In this document: positions 1 to 7,525 of the stretch, in pieces
Position numbering within the stretch: position 1 is the stretch's first letter
Layout of the letters: every line of letters begins with the position of its first letter
IMG/VR virus record: IMGVR_UViG_3300027702_000004
Coordinates: 1-30,156 of that record
Reading direction: 5' to 3' (one strand)
Origin: a virus
Lineage: Duplodnaviria; Caudoviricetes
Length of the DNA stretch: 30,156 nucleotides
Position numbers and translations under genes: made by a program
The notes under the pieces: generated by a model
Database searches by the model: none
Told to the model about the DNA's origin: nothing
The model's input: only the letters and a program-made list of their open reading frames with translations

Positions 1-2111
1 CCATACAAGTATAGTCTTGTGTTGACTGCACCAATATACGCCCATGTAACTTCATTATCTACGACTGCACCAGATGTATGCACAGGTCCTGATCCTGCTC
101 CTGCTGTGGATCCAGATCCTGCAACTGACGTTGCTAAGTATGAATTACCACCATTGATTACTGAGTCACCGACTGATATACCTGACTGGTTGATAGCCCA
201 CTGACTGTTACCTTGTGATGCGTTATCTTGTATCTTCTGTACGTCAAGTGCAACATAACCAACAGGTATTTCACTGACTGTTCCTTTATATGCAGTCTGA
301 CTAGCACCGCTGACTGCACTACTGATATTTCTGTAACCTCTATTAAGAGTTAGTTCTCCTGTGCCAGATGCAACTGCTGATACTAGATATGACTCTGGAT
401 GATCTGCTGTTCCAAATCTTATATAATCACCGACTGCAATGCCATGACTGTTGTTAGCTGGACTTGACTGTACTAATTTATTGTTAAATGTAAGTGTAAA
501 TGTATATCCACCGACTGCAGCATATGTTCTTGCTAACTTCTGTGGCGGTATGATATGTGTTATAGTACCAGCTTTATCCTGCGTAAATGGTGTTGTTTTA
601 AATCCTTTTGCTCTTAATGCACATGAACCAAAGTTACTATTAGAGTTGGTGATAGATTGGTCACCACCAGACTCAGCAACAAAGTGATCTGCAAATCCAA
701 CAGCAAACACTGATACCGCCTGTATAACTGAGTCATTAGAACATTTTACGTGGAAGTTTCTATATGATGCTTTGAATATACTATCTCCATCAGTGTGGGA
801 TCCTGCAATATATGCTGATCCATCCCACTTAATGAATGCGTTGTCATCTTTCTGTAGTGATACACCAGTGAACTGTGCAACAACCATGGATTTGAATCCA
901 GTTGCTTTACTACCATCAGCATGCATACCTTGCATACCCCATGTAGAACGTAGAGATATGTTAAAGATATATGGTGATGAACTGTCGACGTTGTCAACCT
1001 CCACCTTCACCGTTGATCCACCCGCAGTTGGGTTACCAGATGGTGCACCTGTGCCAGGATTCTTAATAGTATATCTAAATGTTGTTGGTGTTGGTATCGC
1101 ACTGATAAAGAACGATCCATTAAATCTTGATGCATCAGTTCCTGTGACACCTTCAAGCAATACGGGAGTTCCAACTGAGAACCCGTGAGCATCAGCAGTT
1201 GTTACCTCTGCTGTTGTTGTGAATACGTTTGTGCTAACAAAGTCAGTAACAATACTATTGATTGTTTTAGGACCTGCTGTGTTAGGACCTACGATCCTGT
1301 TCTCTTCTACACGTGCTTGTAATTCATCAGCAGATATAACACTTGTACTATCGGGAATGTCTGACCATCCTTTTGCTACTTTTTGATAGTATAATTGTAA
1401 GTCACTAACTGATAATGAATTACCACTTGTATCATTAACTGACGACAAAATATTTTTACCATCAGCATATTCAAAACATGTGAGTTTGTGGTGAGAATAT
1501 GTTGGAGGTGAAGATGCACTTGGTTGTGCAGGGTCTTTATACACACCCTGTGATATACCATCAAAGAATGAGAACTGCCAGAAATAACATCCACCAGTAA
1601 CTCTGAATACTGCAGAACTAGCAATAGATCCAGATGCAGGATCAGGAACATATAGAGGACGTAATTTAGTCTTACGTAAGTCCATACCTACGATAGATGT
1701 ACCTCTAGGAACTATAACTCCACCTTCTACTGAGTTAAATTTATATAATACGTTGTTTGGATTGACATTACCACTCTCATCTACTAACGTCATGTCACTA
1801 GATGCACTTAGTTCTAAAATATCGTCGTCTGTAAATGCTTGTCCAGTTGTGTTTGTGCCTGGTCTGTTATCAATAACATAATCGCCAGGATATAATACTA
1901 TACTAAATGACTCGAATGTGTCATTAAACTGACCACTCTTATATGAAAATCTTGCTGCTTCAACTAACGCCCTCTGAATACTTTTGAAAGGACGGTTAGG
2001 AGAGTTACCTCTATTATCAAATGCGTCTGATGCATCAAAATCATCAGAGTTGACATATAGGCAACGTCCAGTTTTTGATGTAAAGACGTTCTTTAGTCTA
2101 GTAAGTGCCAT
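1..2111 (-). CDS. Large virion structural / tail-fibre-like protein (3' end runs off the window)
   Basis: Missing from the ORF track because no stop is in the window. ATG at 2111 reads MALTRLKNVFTSKTGRCLYVNSDDFDASDAFDNRGNSPNRPFKSIQRALVEAARFSY, an N-terminus typical of cyanomyovirus structural proteins. The same frame reads ...VTWAYIGAVNTRLYLY at the left edge. Confidence 0.85.
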   Translation of the reverse strand, partial: MALTRLKNVFTSKTGRCLYVNSDDFDASDAFDNRGNSPNRPFKSIQRALVEAARFSYKSGQFNDTFESFSIVLYPGDYVIDNRPGTNTTGQAFTDDDILELSASSDMTLVDESGNVNPNNVLYKFNSVEGGVIVPRGTSIVGMDLRKTKLRPLYVPDPASGSIASSAVFRVTGGCYFWQFSFFDGISQGVYKDPAQPSASSPPTYSHHKLTCFEYADGKNILSSVNDTSGNSLSVSDLQLYYQKVAKGWSDIPDSTSVISADELQARVEENRIVGPNTAGPKTINSIVTDFVSTNVFTTTAEVTTADAHGFSVGTPVLLEGVTGTDASRFNGSFFISAIPTPTTFRYTIKNPGTGAPSGNPTAGGSTVKVEVDNVDSSSPYIFNISLRSTWGMQGMHADGSKATGFKSMVVAQFTGVSLQKDDNAFIKWDGSAYIAGSHTDGDSIFKASYRNFHVKCSNDSVIQAVSVFAVGFADHFVAESGGDQSITNSNSNFGSCALRAKGFKTTPFTQDKAGTITHIIPPQKLARTYAAVGGYTFTLTFNNKLVQSSPANNSHGIAVGDYIRFGTADHPESYLVSAVASGTGELTLNRGYRNISSAVSGASQTAYKGTVSEIPVGYVALDVQKIQDNASQGNSQWAINQSGISVGDSVINGGNSYLATSVAGSGSTAGAGSGPVHTSGAVVDNEVTWAYIGAVNTRLYLY
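23..517 (+). repeat. Dispersed cluster of 11 co-oriented YGACTG hexamers
   Basis: GACTG starts at 24, 63, 171, 184, 203, 276, 312, 432, 446, 466 and 513, each preceded by C or T. None seen by eye in 520-2111 of the same gene. Confidence 0.7.
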
Positions 2112-2127
2112 TTTCTAATTCTCTGGG

Positions 2128-3180
2128 TTATGAAGCTACCTCAGCTACCTCTTCAAATCCTATTAGATTGAATGTAACTGCAGCAGAAGAACTAACAAAA
2201 ACAGATTGATGTGCTCCTAAGACCAATCCACTCAACTCATAGGTGTCATTGTCATTGACTGATTTATCTTGAACAATGAATTGTTCTGCAGCACACTGTG
2301 ATACTCCAGATATTAACAACTCAACACCATTAGCATCAATGAATTCTGTAGCTGGTGTTGATGCACCTCCTGCATTATTATATTCAGTAGTTGTTGTAGC
2401 AACAGGTCTCCAGATTCTACCATTAGATCTATTGACGTTGTTGTTATTTTGCTCACGAACTTCGTTAGCATCATTATCATATAGGTATGCATAGTCTAGA
2501 TTATTTCTAAACTCAAGATTGTTAAAGAATATTCTACCATTCAATGAATCATAGAATCTTATCTTACCACTATGTCCAACATTAACAGTAGTTCCTGCAT
2601 ATGATGTACCAATTGAACATGTTGCATTTGATGTGCCACCAGTAAAGGTGTGGTCACCAGATGGTAACTCTAATGCTAGTGGATGAGTCATGTTCCTCAA
2701 CCATAACTTACTATTTGTTGCATCAACATAATGAATTATTCCTGTCATGTTAGCAGCAGCACCCGCACCTCTGTTACTGTTTGTCCATGACAAAACTTCT
2801 CCCACTTGGAAAGGTCCGTTTGCTAAGTTAGAATATTTTATAGCGATTGATGTTGCATAGTCATTTACTGATCCACTTGGAAAACTTAACTGACCATATC
2901 CTGTATATGATGATCCTGTGTTAGGGTCATTGGGTTGTGATGCTAGTGCATCTAGTTGTAATACCTCTGTTTGTTCTACAAGACCAACATTTATCGTAGC
3001 AGCACCACCTGTATTATTTGACACCAACAATTTACCACTCATCAACGTGGCAGCAGGAACTGTATACATCATCCAAGCAGTTGCAGTTATCTGTCCAAGA
3101 GCATTGGTTGTTGTTTTATTCGTGTATTTTGATACTGTCGGAGTAAATGTTGCTAGAACTCCATTCTGTTTAGTCGCCAT
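2128..3180 (-). CDS. Virion structural protein (tail-fibre associated)
   Basis: 350 aa, T/G/N/S-rich. YTVPAAT..V.N motif near the N-terminus and LVL..Q.VFVSS..V.F..GFEE at the C-terminus resemble small fibre-associated proteins. Lies between two fibre-like genes. Confidence 0.7.
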   Translation of the reverse strand: MATKQNGVLATFTPTVSKYTNKTTTNALGQITATAWMMYTVPAATLMSGKLLVSNNTGGAATINVGLVEQTEVLQLDALASQPNDPNTGSSYTGYGQLSFPSGSVNDYATSIAIKYSNLANGPFQVGEVLSWTNSNRGAGAAANMTGIIHYVDATNSKLWLRNMTHPLALELPSGDHTFTGGTSNATCSIGTSYAGTTVNVGHSGKIRFYDSLNGRIFFNNLEFRNNLDYAYLYDNDANEVREQNNNNVNRSNGRIWRPVATTTTEYNNAGGASTPATEFIDANGVELLISGVSQCAAEQFIVQDKSVNDNDTYELSGLVLGAHQSVFVSSSAAVTFNLIGFEEVAEVAS

Positions 3181-3186
3181 GACGTG

Positions 3187-4788
3187 TTAATTAGATAAGA
3201 AGAATACCTTGCCTCTTGAGAGACCACCACCTCCGCTTATCGCGTTTAATGTGGTTGTTGCACCTGTGGAAGGATCTGTAAGAACAAGTTCTCTTGCAGA
3301 TATTTTACCACCTGTGTTGTTTGTTGGATTGGTTGTAACAATAGTTATGTCACCATCAATACCCGCATCACCAGAAACATCCAACTTTTTAGCTGGTGTT
3401 TTACCAATACCGAAACGACCAGAAGCATCTATGACAGCTTCATCGGTTCCAACATTGTTAGTAAAGTGTATGCCGATAGCAGCAGCACCCTTTTGAAGGA
3501 TGAACTTACCAACGGATCCATTTCCTGCAATAATCGTAGAACCTGTAGAGTATATATCCCCTTCAACCTCTAGATTATACGTGGCAGCTGCTCTACCAAC
3601 ACCGAGTTTGGCAGATGATGATGACCCAAGTTGGAATGCAGTTCCACTTGATGCGGTGATGTCGCCACCACCTGTAATGTTCCCCCCGAATACTGCATTG
3701 CCATTAGCACTATCCAAAGTAAACTTATTAGTAGCAATAGCGATGTCGCCACTGCCTGTGATAGATGTGACAGCATCAATAGCTCCGTTAATGTTTATAC
3801 CTGTTGCAGTCGTTGTTACACGAGTTGCGTTGTTATGATAAATGACAGTATCTGTTGTGCTTGCCTTAAAGAACTTATTAGAACCAGAAGCAAGTTCAAC
3901 ATCAGCACTACTAATAGTTAAACCATTTGTAGATGTATCTGTTATTGTTGATGCATCTGTACCATTGCTGTATACAATTTGAAGGTCATCATCAGTTCCT
4001 AACTTAATAATCTTATCATCAACCATATCAATATGACTGTTTGCAATCAAATCACCTGTTAAGGTAAGTGATTGTTGTGCGATCAAAGTGTTAGCGAACG
4101 TTGCAGATGCAGAAAATATTGACCCTGCATTAACAGTTAAACTGTCAGACGCTTCATTACCAATAGTTGCGTTACCAGTAGTAGCAAAATCAACCATTGC
4201 AACACTACCAGAAAAACTGGGAGATACAATAGTCTTGTTCTCTATAGTCTGTGCAGCTTTAAGTGTTACTAATTCATCAGTGAAATTCGCATCCGCATCT
4301 GTGTTAGGAGGGAAAGAATAGATGTTAGTAATACCCGCAACTAAGTTAGATGAACTAAACTTTGCTACCTTTGTCTCATCAATAGAGTTAGGTACGATAA
4401 AGTTAAGGTCATTAACTGCCAAAATAGAACCTAGACGTATTTTACCAGTACCCTGTGCAGATATAGTAAAGTCTAGGTTAGTATCAGCATCGTCTCTTGC
4501 CTGTATGTTAAGAGTAGTTCCAACTTTCTGTAAGTTTAATCTCGCATTTCCCATAGCAAGACCAACCTGTCCCTGAGTCTCAGAAAATACACCAGTAGCA
4601 GTCTTGCCTTCAAAACGAACGCCAGGTGCTGTGTATGTTCCAGACGGAACTGCAGTAAAAATACTTCCTACTGCGGATCTTTTATTTTGATCGGTTGGGT
4701 CTGAGTTATCTAGTAACAGTAGAGTATCAGATGATGATACTTGATCTACTCCTAACAATGTAAGGTCAGATATCTTACGAGTTGCCAC
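3187..4788 (-). CDS. Tail fibre-like protein
   Basis: 533 aa, GTG start. N-terminal MATRKISDL, LGVG/FGIG..P.KKLDVSG beta repeats, and C-terminal GGGGLSRGKVFF. Confidence 0.75.
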   Translation of the reverse strand: MATRKISDLTLLGVDQVSSSDTLLLLDNSDPTDQNKRSAVGSIFTAVPSGTYTAPGVRFEGKTATGVFSETQGQVGLAMGNARLNLQKVGTTLNIQARDDADTNLDFTISAQGTGKIRLGSILAVNDLNFIVPNSIDETKVAKFSSSNLVAGITNIYSFPPNTDADANFTDELVTLKAAQTIENKTIVSPSFSGSVAMVDFATTGNATIGNEASDSLTVNAGSIFSASATFANTLIAQQSLTLTGDLIANSHIDMVDDKIIKLGTDDDLQIVYSNGTDASTITDTSTNGLTISSADVELASGSNKFFKASTTDTVIYHNNATRVTTTATGININGAIDAVTSITGSGDIAIATNKFTLDSANGNAVFGGNITGGGDITASSGTAFQLGSSSSAKLGVGRAAATYNLEVEGDIYSTGSTIIAGNGSVGKFILQKGAAAIGIHFTNNVGTDEAVIDASGRFGIGKTPAKKLDVSGDAGIDGDITIVTTNPTNNTGGKISARELVLTDPSTGATTTLNAISGGGGLSRGKVFFLSN

Positions 4789-4816
4789 TACATGCTTACA
4801 ATAATACTATCAAGTA

Positions 4817-4824
4817 TATTTATA
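4817..4824 (-). promoter_or_regulatory. T4-type late promoter TATAAATA for the fibre genes
   Basis: Exact gp55 consensus about 30 nt upstream of the GTG at 4788, overlapping the cpeT stop codon. Confidence 0.75.
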
Positions 4825-5224
4825 CAGTTTTTTTGAAGAGAAAGAATCCTTCGCTACCTTCCCAATATCCTTTGTCCCAAGTGTGGTATTCTTTCTCATA
4901 TAATCGTGCTTTACTCTCTAATGGAGTGTCCTTCCAAGTACAGTCTGGTTCAGATTCTCCCTCAAAATATTTTTCTCTCCATCTGAAACACATATCACAT
5001 GCAGGATTATGAACTATTATCAATTCTGGTGACACATATTCTATTTCTACAGTCTGTTCTCTGTATGGTTTGTCCATGTAACTATATCGAGAAGATGTAT
5101 GATACTTATAGTCATCTAACTTCTCATGCTTCACTATTATATGTGCCCACTTTGTAGGATTGGATGCTGCCTGTGTCCAATTATCAAACTCACCCTCAAA
5201 CCATTCACAAAATTGATCTATCAT
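4820..5224 (-). CDS. cpeT: CpcT/CpeT-type phycobiliprotein lyase
   Basis: F.GEFDNWTQA..NP..WAHI, PYR, CDM.F, and TWDKGY motifs of the compact phage T-type lyase. Confidence 0.85.
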   Translation of the reverse strand: MIDQFCEWFEGEFDNWTQAASNPTKWAHIIVKHEKLDDYKYHTSSRYSYMDKPYREQTVEIEYVSPELIIVHNPACDMCFRWREKYFEGESEPDCTWKDTPLESKARLYEKEYHTWDKGYWEGSEGFFLFKKTV

Positions 5225-5718
5225 TTTTCAAAGTAACTTATATTTAATACCATTCTACGATCCACATTTGTAGCAGGTACACCTCTATGTTTGATGTTGG
5301 TGTCAAATATAACAGCAGTATTTGTTTGACTCATCACCTTCTCACCTGTTTCAAACTCAGTGTAACCATCATTTTCATTTAAGTATAACACACAAGTCTT
5401 ACTTGGTGTGGATATCTGCCAATCAGTATGCCATTCTTGCTCTGGTGCATTTCTACACGTAGCATTTAATTTGACTCTTAGTATTGCAATCACATCTAAC
5501 TTATTTGTTGCTGCCATAAGACATCTATTAAGTGTAGGATTCATTGCACTAGAAAACTGGTGATCAAAATACAGTAAATTTACATACTGCTCTGGTTCCC
5601 CCTGTGATTGTGTCCAGAACCATGGAAAGTTTGGACTATTAAACTGACTGTATAGTTCGTTAAACGTATAGAACTCAAGAAAGTTCGGTATTATCTTTAG
5701 ATTCTCTGATGTCATCAT
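5221..5718 (-). CDS. 2OG-Fe(II) oxygenase
   Basis: HTD ... HRG ... R.VLNI facial triad and 2OG-binding Arg; [12 protein letters not shown] motif. Confidence 0.85.
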   Translation of the reverse strand: MMTSENLKIIPNFLEFYTFNELYSQFNSPNFPWFWTQSQGEPEQYVNLLYFDHQFSSAMNPTLNRCLMAATNKLDVIAILRVKLNATCRNAPEQEWHTDWQISTPSKTCVLYLNENDGYTEFETGEKVMSQTNTAVIFDTNIKHRGVPATNVDRRMVLNISYFEK

Positions 5719-6169
5719 GTAGTCTTTCCATTGCTTCTTGTGTATCCTTACTGGAGATATCTTTATTGATGTACTGACCTGGTGGTTTTGACATCATAGG
5801 ACTCTCAGGATGTGGAACTGGAGTTTGTTTCAGTGTAGCAGCAGAGATCTTTTTACTCTTGCCTTTGTTTGCTTTGCATTTCTTGATCGTTGCACAGGCA
5901 TCACCAACAGTAACTATGTTTCCTGCTTCTTCATCTGGTATTTCAATGCCAAAACATTCTTCTAAGAACATGACAAGTTCTACCATGTCCAGACTATCAG
6001 CGTCTAGATCAATAAATTTACTGTCCCATTCAATTTTATCTGCTTCAACTCTATCTCCTAGAGTTTCTACAATGGCAAGACGTGCAATTTGCAGCATCAT
6101 AGGTTTAGTCACCTTCTTGGACTCTTTTAATATGTCCTTGATCTGACTATATGTGTGGTTATAAGACAT
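5675..6169 (-). CDS. acpP: Acyl carrier protein with N- and C-terminal extensions
   Basis: [35 protein letters not shown] is the canonical ACP core with the phosphopantetheine-attachment Ser. Confidence 0.9.
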   Translation of the reverse strand: MSYNHTYSQIKDILKESKKVTKPMMLQIARLAIVETLGDRVEADKIEWDSKFIDLDADSLDMVELVMFLEECFGIEIPDEEAGNIVTVGDACATIKKCKANKGKSKKISAATLKQTPVPHPESPMMSKPPGQYINKDISSKDTQEAMERLHDDIRESKDNTELS

Positions 6170-6360
6170 TAGACGTAAGTAACTTGTTCAACAGGAGTCA
6201 ATTCACGAATTGTATTGAGAACTGACATGAATTGTTCCATGTCACAATCAAGTTCTTTTCGTTCTCCTTTATTACCGATTAGTACAAATTTTCTGGAAGC
6301 AATATCAACTATTACTTGTTCAAGGCACTCGTCGAGTGGTTCTAGTTCTTCGTTATGCAT
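6169..6360 (-). CDS. Hypothetical protein
   Basis: 63 aa; TAATG overlap with the ACP start. Confidence 0.7.
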   Translation of the reverse strand: MHNEELEPLDECLEQVIVDIASRKFVLIGNKGERKELDCDMEQFMSVLNTIRELTPVEQVTYV

Positions 6361-6383
6361 TAATAGGATGCGATGATAAAATT

Positions 6384-6412
6384 AGTATAGCACAGGGTTA
6401 GGACTTTGTAAA
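6384..6412 (-). promoter_or_regulatory. Sigma70-like (early) promoter
   Basis: TTTACA-17 nt-TATACT with an extended -10 TG, upstream of the 6360 ATG. Confidence 0.7.
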
Positions 6413-6631
6413 GTACGTGTCGTTTCCTGCTCTAGCAGCACGTCGGATCGTGTCCTCAACCTTACTCATTAACTCAAGTCCTGCTTCTCTATTTGCCTTC
6501 ATATTATCCATTGCGTTGCCTGTTTTATCTTCTCGCACTAGTTCCTCGACGTAATCGTCTAAATGTTTTGCAAGAATACACTTTAAAAATTCTGCTTCCT
6601 GCTTACTTACTGACATGTGATGTTGTGTCAT
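6398..6631 (-). CDS. Hypothetical protein
   Basis: 77 aa helical ORF filling the gap in the operon direction. Confidence 0.7.
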   Translation of the reverse strand: MTQHHMSVSKQEAEFLKCILAKHLDDYVEELVREDKTGNAMDNMKANREAGLELMSKVEDTIRRAARAGNDTYFTKS

Positions 6632-6652
6632 GTTACTCTATGAAATCTACTA

Positions 6653-7525
6653 TCAATTCAAGTATATCTCAGTACCATCAATATCGACGTTTCCAGTTGC
6701 GTTAATAATAACGTCACCAGATGCTTGTTGGTCAATGGTTCCTGCGACATTTAATTTGTAGGAATTACTATCAGGTGTGTCAAACATGCCAGGAAATGCT
6801 CCTCCTTTAATACATGATTGACTTGCACCACCCACCTGTGTTCTCATCTTACCAACAACTTTATTGAGATGATTTCCGAATGTATATTCGTATCTGCATC
6901 CCGATGCTCTTGATCTGATGTCTCCGTTACTAACAACAGAGAATGTGGATGATGATTTTAATATCTTAACTTCATAATTACCTCTTACGTTCTCTTTAAT
7001 AGAACCACCCGCACTCAAATCATTTTCCAAGAACGTTGTCTTGTTTGTGTAGGCATTGGATTGTAATTTCATTTCATTCTTAGCTTGTATTGCTAAGTTC
7101 TCATCTGATTGAATCGTTGCCACTCCACCGACTTGCATCTGGTAGTTGCCATTGACTCTATCATAACGGTCACCTTCGACCTCAGTGTGCATATCACCTT
7201 CAACGTAAATATTGACATCGCCCACAATGTGTAGTGCCATTCGGTCAGAATTTACGTCCTTACCAACTTTTATAACAAGATTATGGTCTGATAAGATATA
7301 TGTATCATTATAAGAAACTAGGTTGTTGTTTTGTTTCTCATCTATATTCAAAAAATTGCCATTTGCATTGAGCAAACGTATGTATTCTCCATCCTTGGTA
7401 TTGTTCATCTCGAACATATGACCCGCAGATGTTGCTTGCACCCAGTTATATGGATATTTTATTTTTGTATCAGGTGCTGTGTTAGGATCGTTAGTCCCAC
7501 CTGTAAATGGATTTATGTCAGACAT
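6653..7525 (-). CDS. gp5-like baseplate spike, C-terminal beta-helix part
   Basis: YPYN.V..T.AGH.FE, V.GD/V.GN repeats, and C-terminal IDGTEIYLN. Confidence 0.8.
   Translation of the reverse strand: MSDINPFTGGTNDPNTAPDTKIKYPYNWVQATSAGHMFEMNNTKDGEYIRLLNANGNFLNIDEKQNNNLVSYNDTYILSDHNLVIKVGKDVNSDRMALHIVGDVNIYVEGDMHTEVEGDRYDRVNGNYQMQVGGVATIQSDENLAIQAKNEMKLQSNAYTNKTTFLENDLSAGGSIKENVRGNYEVKILKSSSTFSVVSNGDIRSRASGCRYEYTFGNHLNKVVGKMRTQVGGASQSCIKGGAFPGMFDTPDSNSYKLNVAGTIDQQASGDVIINATGNVDIDGTEIYLN

Noticed and set aside
23-517. CRISPR array or tandem-repeat reading of the YGACTG cluster
   Set aside because: The motif is only 6 nt with irregular 13-120 nt spacing, inside an open frame.
746-1651. Short minus-strand ORFs 746-997, 1007-1192 and 1376-1651
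   Set aside because: They lie out of frame inside the real CDS starting at 2111.
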